Assembly (NCBI GenBank): GCA_964036045.1
Contig: OZ038378.1
Span: 24,304,001-24,368,000, forward strand
From: Eutreptiella sp. 'Long Island Sound 2002'
Taxonomy: Eukaryota; Protista; Euglenida
Direction of reading: 5' to 3'
DNA length: 64,000 nucleotides
The notes under the pieces were generated by a model, which saw nothing but the letters and a program-made list of their open reading frames with translations, had not been told where the DNA came from and made no database searches. Shown here piece by piece: positions 23,580 to 34,721 of this stretch. How positions within the stretch are numbered: position 1 is the first letter of the stretch; every line of letters starts with the position of its first letter. Position numbers and translations under genes: made by a program.

Positions 23580-24745
23580 GTGCGACTGCGGCCGGTCCCG
23601 TGTGCGCACCGCTCTACGATGGGATGCCGCTTGGGCGCGGCGACCCCGCCGCGATGTTCTCTCCCGGGGCCATGTATACACTACTTGGTTGCGGAGGACA
23701 GAGTCCGTGGGGTTGGGCCATACGGCTTGTGGGCGCAGCTTCGTGTACCAAGCCGGCACCGTTGTGGACGGCATGGGCGGAACTTGTGGGTCTTGAGAGG
23801 GCATGGTGAGTTGGCCGCGCAGTTGGCATACGCCAGGTAGGGCGTGGTACTAGTGCCAGGCCACACGCTCCCTAGGGTCTGCCCGCAGTGCTCGGGGGAC
23901 GTGGTCACATAGGGACTGCGGAATGCGAAGGCAGGACACATGGTGCAGGTCGGCCGCCGACGCCCTGTTCCACCATTCAGTCACCGTGTCTTGCCACGGT
24001 CCCCAAGTGCTAGGCCACATGTTGCGAAATGCGACTTTCCAACGCATGCAGTGTATGAGGCGTTTGTGGACAGTGGTACCGTGGTGGAGCGGACAGAGGG
24101 GGCATTTCGGGGTGGTGTGGTCCCACAGCGCGCCCGAACTGTCCCGTCGCACCTAGCCCTAGAGCAATTTAACCCATCACATGCGTCGGTCCCCACACAT
24201 CAGCACTTGGGATACCCCGTGCGCACCGTTGAAAGTGGCAACACGCCTCCTATGGAGGATCCATTTTTGCACCGGAGTGGGAGTTGGCCCGCCGCATATC
24301 ACAATATCTTCGGGACGCTGGGGATCGTAATCCGGCATGGGTAGGCGTGTGGCCATATTGGCGAGCAGGTCTACTTCCCCATTGCGCCTAATTTATTCGC
24401 GTTCCTGTGCGTTGCGGGCCTCCGTCTCAAGGCGGTGGCTCGCAATCCAGTCTGCGGGGACGTGTTTGTGTTGCACCTGGTTGCACACTTTGTGGCGGAT
24501 GTCGGCGTCGGAGCATTCGTGCATGGGTCGGTGGTGAGCGCATTTTGTGACGGCCATGTTGTCAATATATTGAGTGTCACGGTCGGATGTGATGGCTGGG
24601 CCAATGGCTCCTCCGTACATTTCACCCCTATAGGACTGATGTGGGCCCGCCACCCGGGTGGGGATACGAAGAGGCCCTTTTGTCACTGCGGCGCCCGCCG
24701 CGTGGTATTCTAAGCCCGCAATCGCAACTGTTTGATGGGACATTG
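23580..24745 (-). mobile_element. Non-LTR retrotransposon 3' remnant (RNase H followed by a CCHC-type finger)
   Basis: GAAV...GPHQSYRGEMYG...QYIDN...DADI...WIASHR...NGEVDLLAK (RNase H motifs, 24743 to about 24360), then CPLCPLHHGTTVHKRLIHC (ORF 23850-24152). Confidence 0.7.
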
Positions 24746-25545
24746 CATGGGCTAATATTGGTCAAATATGGCTCAAACTAATCTTAAACCACTTTTTTGA
24801 GCTCCCCGTGTGGCCTACGACGAATTTTGAAAAAAAAATGGGTGTTGACCACTTTTTGACCCCCCGGTGACCTGCGGAACCCTACCCTAAGACGTGCACC
24901 ATGGACGCTGGTGGTGCCAATAGGGCATTGAAGGGTGTTGACAGCACAGAACTGAATGTTGCACGTCATCCCCTTCATCATTCTTTATCACCACAAGGGT
25001 GCCCAACGCAATGCACGGCTATCAAACAAAGGGCAGGAAGGTGGAACTGAAAGAGTGTGCGAAAAGGGTGCTTTTCAAAGCGAAGGGTGCTTTTTGCACT
25101 ATTCTGGGCCCAAAAAGAGGTTCTTGAGGCCACTAATCGGGTGCTAAACCGCTAGGTCGTGATCAAAGGCACCTGTTCATCATCCATGTTGGTTCCAATG
25201 CAAACGCCCCCCTTCAAGGACAAGCTAGACACAGAAATTGCCTAAAAAAGGGGCGTTTGTCTTGTATTTGACAATTTCTGAAGACAAAGTCCGCCATTTG
25301 CAACACCGGTTCCCGGCCGCCACCACTGAGTTTCTTGCTCAAAATTCTATTGCCTTTCGCAAGGCACGACAAAGAGAGGCCGAGAGTCAGCCAATCAGTT
25401 AGGCAGGCAGGCAAGCACTCAGTCAAGCAGTCAGCAGCCAGTTGGGCAAGCAGGCAGGCAGACAAGCAGGCGGAAACACACAATTTGGCTTTTTTTTCAA
25501 TCGCGGATTACGATTACAAACATTGGAGAACCTCTAGTATGCAAG

Positions 25546-25706
25546 AACACTCAGTGGTCGAGTGGTCGAACACCTGGCCGATGGTTCGCGTAGCACCGGT
25601 TCGATTCCCGGCCGGCGGTTCGGCGATCGCCGGCTGAGCCAATCGATCGACCTCGAGCCCTTATTATACTCGACCCTGGTTCAAATCCTTCTAACCACAA
25701 GCTTTT
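25546..25706 (+). mobile_element. tRNA-derived SINE-like / Pol III promoter element (not a functional tRNA)
   Basis: A box tggtcgagtgg at 25555-25565, B box ggttcgattccc at 25598-25609, second B box ggttcaaatcc at 25678-25688, then a T run. No acceptor-stem pairing is visible. Confidence 0.65.
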
Positions 25707-25940
25707 GACCCTCCCCCCACCCGCCCAAAAAAAACGGTGTCCAGTTTCAGGGGGATAGAGGTCTCAAAATCAAAAAATCCATTGGGGGATTGTTTTGTTG
25801 GGCAAAATAATGATTTTACAAGGGGTTGGACACCCAATATCATGCCTTGGGGTATACTACGCGAATGACCCCCAAAAAAGGGGGGGTGTATGGCGTCCGC
25901 GCCTGCGCTTGATCTTGACAACCTCTCTTCGAGGTGATTT
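25703..25940. repeat. Dispersed repeat family, copy 1
   Basis: Shares atgattttacaaggggttggaca...cgcgaatgacccc...cctgcgcttgatct...ctcttcgaggtgattt with 29528-29778, in the same orientation. Confidence 0.8.
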
Positions 25941-27089
25941 GTGTGATTGTCCCTGACACCCATAGGTATTTCGACCAAGTCCGGAGCACCAGGACAAAAT
26001 TGTGACTTTTGCCCATTTTGCGCGTGCTTGCTTACTTGCTGATTGTTCCTTGCAATGGAACCAAGACTGGTTCCACTGGCTCGGTGACCCTAACTCTACC
26101 CCTCTTAGGGGCCCACATGTGGGCACATGGGCTACATGACCCCTGCCTTCTTCAGGGTCCCCGACGCGGTGACAAACAAAATGGCCGGCCTTGGACCTGG
26201 GGTAAAAGGCGCCTCGTGGGGGTCCTTTCAGGAGGGTCCTTAACAAAGAAAAATACTGTCCCTAAAAGACCGCCCCGCTCTGAAGTCGAAACAATATGAC
26301 CAGTTGTGCATTGCGGGGAAGTGGCGTGGCAGTTGCCCTCAACGCACATCAAACAATTGGGGAAGGCCTGAGATGGGGATTAGGACAGAGATTGGGAAGG
26401 AATTGCGTTCTGCGCTACATGGTGCTACGCGGTGCTGCACCACAGATTCAGAGCTGCCTTGTGCCGTAGACAGGCAGACAGTGGGGTTAGCGACAGGATG
26501 AAGCCCCGGATGTCCACAAGGTCCGAGGGGTGGAAGGTTGCTCTGTGGGGACCCGGAATGACACCCAGCCTTTTGGCCAGGGGGCTTTGCCAGGGATCAC
26601 TGGTGTTGTCCCCAGGTGCCCGCTCCAAGTAGCCATGTGCTTGAGCAACGTTCTGTCCATAGCATTTTCAAGGCCACCACCAACCCGCACCACGTTAGAA
26701 GGAGGGAAACAAGCAGGGGACACCTCAAGCCACTGGACAATGCTGCAGCCAAACCTTCCACAGGGATGTGAATCTAAATGGGCTTGCTCTCCGCAACTTG
26801 ATGCTCCGCTCAGAGCGCACAGGCCAGGAAGGCAAGCTGCACCAAGCGCTCGTACTGTCCTCCGGCTTTTACTGGCTGGTTGGCCTCGGACAGGATCCCT
26901 CATCTCTACAGGTCCTTCCTTCAGAAGTGAACCAGGCAAAAGTCAAGTCGAATACACTCTAGTTAGTGATGAAAACCACATCCATTGAAGTTGATCGTGA
27001 GTGCTCAGAGAGAAATGTAAGACAAATGGTTTAGAGCAAATTGGAATGAAGGAAAGCGATAGAGCCCTCAGCACACCCTTGGGTGTACA

Positions 27090-27270
27090 AAGCAACATAC
27101 TCAAAAGGGTGCTCCATGCCCAGACGACATTGGCATACAGCACCTCCTCACAACACAGACACACGGATACCAATGCAGTAGTGCCTGTGCCACAGACCTG
27201 ACATGCTGCAGAGTACAACACAGCCACAACAGGAAGGGGTGCGTCACTGCCAAAGTGGTATTTAAAAACA
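27090..27270. repeat. Inverted copy of the 7165-7335 repeat
   Basis: The reverse complement matches 7165-7335 over about 170 bp with scattered substitutions and indels. Confidence 0.8.
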
Positions 27271-28006
27271 CCTTTTTTTCCGGCGTCACGTGAGCACACT
27301 TGGGCGTAGATAAAATTTTCCATGTACTACGCCCAGCCGATGCCCCGGTGGCCACAGGTTTCATGCTTGTGACGCCCGGCCGTCAACAACGGACGCCTGA
27401 AAGATGGACCGGGATCGAGCTCACGGCGGACATTTGCAGGCGTCCCTGCCACCAGGGCTGCCCTCGGAGGAGGCACACTCCAGTTCTACACAAGTATTGC
27501 AGAATACCGTCTCCCCAGAGGAGGGGGGACATTGGCTGTCCCTGTCGAGGGATGTACAGCCAGGCCTACGGCTGATGGGTCGACGCACGTCCGCAAATCA
27601 CAACCCACTTCCCAGGGCCCTGGCCCCAAATCCGTCAGTGTGCTCTGGCCCCGTGCACAATGATGAGTCGGTGCACCTTGTCACAGCACTGGACAGATAA
27701 GGTAAATGGCCCCTGTTGTACCCACGGCCCTAATGGTCCCCACCAAAAGAATGGGTGTGTTTTCGCAAAATGCAGCAAAAAATTATCAGCGTGTTTTCTA
27801 GGCCGCATGACAGGCCATATGATACAACTGTCTTGAAAAGCCATCGTTGAGAAAACCGTACAATTTTTTGGGGCGGGGCCGGTCAGGGCAGTGGGGACGA
27901 CAAGGGCTGTTTGCCTTCCACTGCTGTCAGCCTCCATGAAACCCCGGTCTGCCATCCCCTTGTGGCCCGGGCCCCAGCCGTATCTGGCTCACTGAGCAGT
28001 GCACAG

Positions 28007-28390
28007 CTACAGCAGGTCGCGGACTGGGGAGGCGGAGCGGCCACACTCACTCCCCTGCTGCTCTTGGCCCCGGGTCCGGCAGCAGACCGCCAGCTCCTTC
28101 AGCCCCAGCACCCCCTCTGCATACAGCAGCTGTTCAATGAGGGGGACAAAGGGCTGGTGCTGCCCACCGGCCACCTCCACTGCGTCGGCCATGACTGCCA
28201 CAGGATCTGCCTCCGGCCCCTTTGCGGTCATTAACTTGTACAGCGCATCAAAAGTGGAAGGCGTCAGACAGCGCGTCAAGTATTGGCGCAGGGCTGCGGC
28301 ACGGTGCTCCAGGCTGCTGGTCTCTGCCACACCCTGCAGCAACAGCGGCAGCCCGTTGATGTGGAATTGCACAAGGATCTTCTCTTCTGC
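28007..28390 (-). CDS. Terminal exon encoding a NEK-kinase-type C-terminal helical domain
   Basis: Acceptor ccgcag|GCA at 28390 (phase 0), TAG at 28009-28007. FHINGLPLLLQGVAETSSLEHRAAALRQYLTRCLTPSTFDALY...FVPLIEQLLYAEG matches the pattern I recall for protist NEK C-termini (F.lnG..L.l..v...dSl..RieaLR.yLe..lg...F...Y ... pli.qLi..E). Confidence 0.65.
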   Translation of the reverse strand, partial: AEEKILVQFHINGLPLLLQGVAETSSLEHRAAALRQYLTRCLTPSTFDALYKLMTAKGPEADPVAVMADAVEVAGGQHQPFVPLIEQLLYAEGVLGLKELAVCCRTRGQEQQGSECGRSASPVRDLL

Positions 28391-28982
28391 CTGCGGTACG
28401 GGAATGGCGCACATGGATGAGGTGTGTGTGTGTGCCTCAGCCCGTGTGTGTCTGCGCCCATGCCTGTGCCTACACATTGTTCTGAGACTGTGCCCATGCC
28501 TATGCCCAGTGTCACAAAATGTGGGACGTTCCCACGGAGCACCAGAACCAGGCTTGTGCTTGGGTACTTCTGGAGGGGGTGGGGGGTCATTTAGGCCCCT
28601 GGCCAACCTTAGCTGACCCAGCCCCCCCCCCCCCCCCGCAGCCACATCAGAAAAATTCTATTGCCTTCGGCAAGGCACCTCGAAGAGGGGAGAGGGACAA
28701 ACATTCTTGAGCTGGTGAGGCGGGAAAACTGCATAAGCAGGTTGTGCCCTAGACCCCTTGGGAGCCCCCCCCCCCCCCCGCCCAAATAGTGTGAAAAACA
28801 CATAAAAGGGGGCTAAAACATGCTTTACATAGCATATCCCATCATTGTAAGTGGTCACAATATCAAAAAAATGATTCGCAAAAATTTGCATTTTTGACCT
28901 GTAGAGGGTGGAAAACTGCTTGTTTGTGCACACACCAAAGGCCATGGAACCACACACAAACAGCAATTTTGACTCTTTTGAG

Positions 28983-29348
28983 GGGCCCATGGCTCGGGCT
29001 AGATGGGCCCAGTGGCCACTACATGGGTCCCCATGGGTGCTCAAGTACCCGTATTGTCACTAAATCATCACCCTAACCAATCCCAGGGGCGACGGAAGGG
29101 TTTCGGAAAAAGGCGAATTTCGGAAATCTTGTAGGTGTCACTAAACAGCCTACACAACGGCAATTTTGGGGCTTTTGGGGGGGCCATGGCTCGGGCTATA
29201 TGGGCTTGGCAGCCACTACGTGGGTCCCCATGGGTGCTCAAGTACCCGTATTGTCACTAAATTATCACCCAAACCCATCCCAGGGGCGGCAGAAGGGTTT
29301 CCGAAAAAGTCGAATTTTGGAAATCTTGCAGGTGTCACTAAACAGCCT
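28983..29348. repeat. Tandem duplication with a period of about 190 bp
   Basis: ccatggctcgggcta...ggtccccatgggtgctcaagtacccgtattgtcactaaat...ggaaatcttg.aggtgtcactaaacagcct occurs twice in direct orientation. Confidence 0.9.
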
Positions 29349-29527
29349 CATCCAGCGTGAAAATGGCTAAGTCCTCACTAGCAAGAGCCCATAGGGGGGG
29401 GCGGCCGGGGGTACCCGGAGTTCGGACCCGGGACCCCCGCCATGGGTTAGGGGGTCCATGTACAAGAAAAAAATTGCCCCGGACCTAGGTCCAAATCCAC
29501 ACACAGCACCCACAAAACGCAAAGAAG

Positions 29528-29778
29528 TTTTGACCCCCCCCCCCCCGACACCCACCCACACACCCCCAAAAAAGGGGTACCCGGGTACGGGGGGCTAAAG
29601 GAGTCAAAAACGAAAAATTCATTGGGGGATCATTTTCTCTCCTAAAATGATGATTTTACAAGGGGTTGGACATCCGGTACCATACCTTGGGGTATCGTAC
29701 GCGAATGACCCCAAAAAAGGGGGGTATATGGTGTACGCACCTGCGCTTGATCTAACAACCCTCTTCGAGGTGATTTTC
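29528..29778. repeat. Dispersed repeat family, copy 2
   Basis: Homologous to 25703-25940 by direct comparison. Confidence 0.8.
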
Positions 29779-30958
29779 CTCGGGGGTGGGGGGGGGGTGC
29801 AACTTATTAAAGGCAGGCATCCGCGCTACCTGGAGCCGAACTAGCCGATGAGCCGCAGGGGCTTGGAAAAATGGGGAAAATGCAAAAATGGGGGGAAATG
29901 GGAGGAAATGGGGGGGGGGGGGGGGTGGAGAAAAATTTAGGGGAAGTGGAAAAAACTGGAACCACAAGCAGCAATGCAACATACACCGTCCAACAATGGC
30001 AACACAATTGATGCACGGTGTTGGAACTGTGCAATTCAAATAGAAAGACACAGAAGCCTTGTGGGTGAGGCATGTTCCTTACTGTTGCATAGCAAATGGC
30101 AGCTCCTCTTTGTAAAGCATACAACGACAACATTTTCATTAAGAAGGGGTATGCAGATCAATTGAATTGGGTTTCTTTGCCCAATCATCAAAGAAGTTGG
30201 GGAAGAAGGATGCGGATGGCAAAAGCAAGCTCTACAATGCAGTAGACATTGGAATTGTGCTGCCAACAGGTTTGTGAAACGGATGGTGGCATGTGAAACA
30301 CGCCCCCTCTGCTAGGCTCTCCAAGCATCTGCATTTTGCCAAGGAAGCCCGAATCTGTGACCCACAGCAAATTGCAACATTGTCAGCTGCAATTGAGGAC
30401 TTCCCTCATGTCTTCCCCTCCGACCAATGTTAGGCAATTGTACGAAGCAGTGAATGGCGCTTGTTTAGGGAGAATGTATAGTGGCTGATAGCCACAATTT
30501 CGACATTCTGCGATGGTGGGAAGGCATGTCTGCACGCCTACCTCTCATGTATAAATGTGTAAGACGCACTCAGTGTACCACACACTTCATGTGACGTAGA
30601 AAGGACCTTCTCGGTTTGGAAGCGTGTGCGCTCTAACAAGCAGCATAACATGCAAGAGGGCACTGCACCAAGAAATGCTTTGGAAAAATGGAAAAAAGGA
30701 TGGAAATCTGTACATGTCCATAGATAAATGCACTGTTGTGCCCTAAATGCACTCATTGGGGACATTAGGTCAATGTGCATGGACATGGCGGGCAAAAAAC
30801 CCATGTAAAACCATGAAACCCATTAAGAAACAGGGAAAAAAGTTCACCAGCCAAACTAGCAGATGGAAAATTTTCGGCAAGCTGACACTAGCCAATTTGT
30901 CGGCTAGCGCGGTGCCTCGTAAAGGGGCCGGAAATTGGAGGCTGATTTCATGCACAAA

Positions 30959-31235
30959 CAGGGCTGTCCTTCAGGGGAAAAAAAAAAAAGAAAAAGGTTC
31001 GTAACGCCAATAGAAACGAACGTCCACGGGGTCTGGCCATGAGACCTTCTCTACTTCAATGGTTGGCGGTTGGCGGTTGGCGGTTGGTGGTGATTGGTGG
31101 CGGTTGGTGGTTGGCGGTTGGTGGTTGGTGGTTGGTGGTTGGCGGTTGGTGGCAGCTGGCGGTTGGTGGTCCCGGGGGGCTGTCCTTAAGAGCTGTCCTT
31201 AACAAAAAAAATCTGGGTTCTTACGGACAGCCCTA
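30959..31235. mobile_element. hAT-type MITE with an internal (TGGCGGT/TGGTGGT)n array
   Basis: TIR cagggctgtcc / ggacagcccta; 8-bp TSD tgcacaaa (30951-30958) vs tgcgcaaa (31236-31243), a 7/8 match. Confidence 0.85.
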
Positions 31236-31396
31236 TGCGCAAACTTGTTTTGGCTTCTGACACCCCCCCCCCCGTTCCCAGGGGGAAAGGGTGCCCGCCA
31301 CCCTAGGCACAAGCCTGATAACAACACCGTATGATCTGCAGACCAGGTCCTCACAGCCCGTGCCCCTCAGGCGCAACCACACAAGCCACTGCACAC

Positions 31397-32413
31397 CTGA
31401 CGGCAGTCAGCGGCCTCAGACACGCCCATACTGTCCATCCTGCACAGTCGCGCCCAGTCGGGTCGTGGAGGGCCGCGCCCCGGGCCCAGCAGCCCTGATC
31501 CTCTTGCTTCTGCCTCACTCCGTTGCTGGGCTTCGGGCCCTTGCACTGGCACCACCGTGCCCCCCAAGCGCTCCATCGCCACCACCAAATCCGCCACTGC
31601 CCGCTGCTCCAGCGCTTCCTGCAGCTGCGGCTCCAGTGCGGTCGCCCGTGCACCCGATCTGCCATGCGGCATCGACTGTGTACGCCGCCTCGGCGCCGGG
31701 GGCTCCTCGTCGGCCGGCCTACGAGCCTGTCGCTCCATGAGCACAGCATCTGTAACCCCCTCCCCTTGTTCCCGCAGAGCATCGCGCTTCCGCTTCAGTG
31801 GGGAGCTGAGGAGGTCGTCGGGTGTGAGCACAACCCGCTGCGGTGCGGGCTGAGGTGTGCGCTGTGGTGTGCTCTGCTGCCACACCTCCGCGTCGTAGTC
31901 GTCGCATGCGCTGCGGCGCCTCACGGGCGCCACCGGGCGCGGTGGCGTGCACTGTCGCCACGGCTGTGCCCCGGGGATGCCGCACATGCCCGGGCCCCTG
32001 ACGGGGGACTCCGACGCACCGCAGGGGGACGACGCGGCCGGCGAGGGCACGGTCGCATCGGAGGCGTCGGGCGACAGCGACAATGAGCAGACGTCATCTG
32101 GTGGGGCATGGGCCGGGGCCGAGGACGCAGGGGACACTGCAGGCGACACCGTGGGACTTGGGTCAGGGGCGTGTGCCGGAGTGCGCTGGCCCTTGGCGGG
32201 CGTGCCGCGATGCGGCGGGCGCCATCGGGGCGGCTCAGAGAAGAAGTCCCAGGCTCTCCGGCCGCGCCACGCCCACGTCTCCTCCGGGGGGAACTGCCGC
32301 CGACCCGCGCTGGTGCTGCGCCGCGCGGAGCTGTGCTGCGCAGTACGGTCGTGGCTCCGGCGCTGTCGCGAGTGCTTGGGCACGGCTCCGGCGGAGGCGG
32401 CTTCAGGAGGACA
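31397..32413 (-). CDS. Large low-complexity Pro/Ser/Ala/Arg-rich exon, probably the same gene as 28007-28390
   Basis: Lies within a 367-aa GC-rich ORF. Acceptor cggcag|TGT at 32413, donor CAG|gtgtgc at 31397, 1017 nt, phase 0/0, in frame with the next exon. Contains LKRKR, a possible NLS. Confidence 0.55.
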
Positions 32414-32462
32414 CTGCCGGGACACGGGGCAATGCGCAATGGGGGGCGGGGGGCGGAAGGGG

Positions 32463-32743
32463 CGTGGCACGCATGTCCCAATCGGGGTGCCCCCTCATTC
32501 ACATGAAAAAAAAGGGTGGATGACCATACAGTCCGTCACATTTGCGCGGTAACCGACGGCGGTTCGGCGGCAGCCAATAGCAGTTCGAGGGTAACCGGAC
32601 GGTAACCGATGGTGGCTGGAGGGCAACCGACGGCGGTTGAGCAATTGTTTTTGGACGCTCCCTCAGGGGGCACGTGCACGCGAAAAAGAAAAGCCCGGGG
32701 AATAAAGCGCCGTGGCACTGACGGTCTATGCCGTGCTGCCCTA
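32463..32743. mobile_element. Partial hAT-like MITE with aaccgacggcggtt repeats
   Basis: The right end gtgctgcccta is hAT-like and internal repeats resemble those of 36200-36428. I could not find a matching left end or TSD. Confidence 0.4.
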
Positions 32744-32850
32744 TGCTGGTCATGGTGATTCAGCTGTCGACATGCCCGACCGAGCGCGTCTGAGAGCACA
32801 AACTCGGCAATGATGTCCCACAGCTCCGCAGGCAATCGCGAAAAATGCAT
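32743..32850 (-). pseudogene. F-box-like N-terminal fragment cut by a MITE
   Basis: MHFSRLPAELWDIIAEFVLSDALGRACRQL fits the F-box pattern LP.El...I..fl.....L..vCr.l. The ATG is preceded by ttttcag| 7 nt upstream, and the frame runs straight into the MITE end at 32743. Confidence 0.5.
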
Positions 32851-34161
32851 CGAGAAGCTGAAAATACTCCTGCACGATGTGGTGACACAGGATGACGATG
32901 CTGAGCTGAAGACCAAGCCTTAAGCCCCATCTCAGGCTCTGGCACGGCCCTCGCCCAGGGATAGATACCCACACCCAAAAGCAAATACAAGCCGTGTGCA
33001 ACGCATCACCAGTCTAGTCCCAGGCGAACAACATCAAGTATGAGCACGCAAAGACTTGGATAATTTTTTTGACTTCGGGTCTGAAGCTCCAGAACAATCT
33101 CGAACAGTTATCGATGGTGAGGGACAGTCTCAGACCCACATTGTCGGCCCAACCACCTACCCGCCATCCTCACTCATAGTGGGCATAAAGGGCATAAGGT
33201 GCATAAGGGGCATAAGGTTACGGGGTTAATCGACCATGTATACAATGCCCCTCCCCTCGGGCCACCCCTGCCTGCTAGATGGAAGAAATGGGGAATAGTA
33301 GTTGCTGTTAAGGTAGACTCCGACGGACTGTTCCTCACTCTGGTTGCAACAAGGCTCCGCAGGCTCCTCTGCAAATTCACCTACTCCTCAGTCACCACTG
33401 GGTGCAACGTCGCCCTAGGTTGTTATTTGCAAGTCCTCGTTTGGTCTTGCTTGGCTGCATCATCGCCAGTCTGCCCCTGCAGACTCCTCTTGTTTCTGCA
33501 TGGAGGCGCCGCTGCAGTGCGGGTCACTGCATGCTGTGCCCCGGGGCCTCTACCAATATCGTCGTCGTTCTGTCTGCGGACTTGGTGCGCCTCTGTGCAC
33601 GCAGTGTACTGTCTGCTTGAACTCTTGCTGCACTTTCATCGCGTGCACCTGGACCATTGCCTGGTACCTGGAGGTCATGCTAGCCCACCAGAGGTGATTG
33701 GTCACATTCATGCTGCCATTCCTTTGTAGCCGGCCGTTCCCATGGGCATACTCTCTCTCCACCTCGCGCAGCCAGGCCCTCACTGGTCGTTGCATCCTAC
33801 ATTCCCTAACCACTTGAGTACTTTGTGTTGATGCAACAGCGCAGAGGGACTCTGATCGGCCCCTCGTGGAAGGCTCATGGAGGTCCATCGAGACAGCGTC
33901 GTGAGGCCCCTACTCTGGGCAGGCCGTTCCCCAATGGGCCCGAAACGGACACACAGCGTCTTCAGCATTGGGGGAGGGGGGGGAGAGGGCTGAGGGGGTT
34001 GCCCTTTGCCTTGGCCCTGGGACATGGAGTGGAGGAAGGGGGCCTGCAACTCCATCCCCCCGACACCCCCCCAAAAAACCACACACCCAACGTCCACGCC
34101 CCCCCCCCCCTTGGGCGACTGCCACAAGGCCTGCCCTTCCCCACTGCCCAATGCGCCACAC

Positions 34162-34505
34162 CTTCACATTGGGGCCTGTCGGATCATGCGCCGTGTTGCC
34201 CTTCGGGTGCTTCCAGGCACACTCCTGCGCGACCCCCAGCGGTACATGCGCCCCCGCACAGCCCCTGCGGGGGGCCTGTGCGCCGTACATGTGCCTGAAC
34301 GCCTTCCGTACCTCCGCGCACATCTCACGGACATCGGGTGCACGGGGCTTTGTGGTATCCCCCTCCGTCTGGGGCACGTCTGTGGCCCTTCTCTGTGCAC
34401 TGTTGGCACCGGCGGGGAGACTTGCAGCGGTCTCCCGGGGCTGTGGGGACCGGAACGCGCTCGAGGACTGGGCGGGCAGGTCGCGATGGTGGGGCTGGCG
34501 GATTC
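34162..34505 (-). CDS. Candidate upstream exon of the NEK-C-terminal-domain gene
   Basis: Acceptor cgtcccacag|GA at 34505 (phase 1), donor AAG|gtgtgg at 34162 (phase 0, compatible with 32413). No recognisable domain. Confidence 0.35.
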
Positions 34506-34721
34506 CTGTGGGACGCACACGGGCAAAGTGTCTGTCGAGTGGATGGGGCTGGTCGCACTCCAGGTGGACCGGCCCCCTCACTGCATGGGTGGAGTGGTCC
34601 TCCGGAAGCAGGCCGCATGTCAGCCATCATGATCATCCACCCCGTGACCATCATCATGGGCCGTCATGCTGCCTAACCCGATGGCCATCATGCGCAACTG
34701 TCTCAGCGGCCCTCATGCCAA

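Noticed and set aside
25390-25500. Spliced-leader RNA or snRNA gene next to the tRNA-like element
   Set aside because: Only a chance ctgagtg match to the euglenid SL as I recall it; there is no downstream tctattttttttcg, donor site or Sm site.
25546-25620. Functional tRNA gene
   Set aside because: A and B boxes are present, but I could not form an acceptor stem or a convincing anticodon arm.
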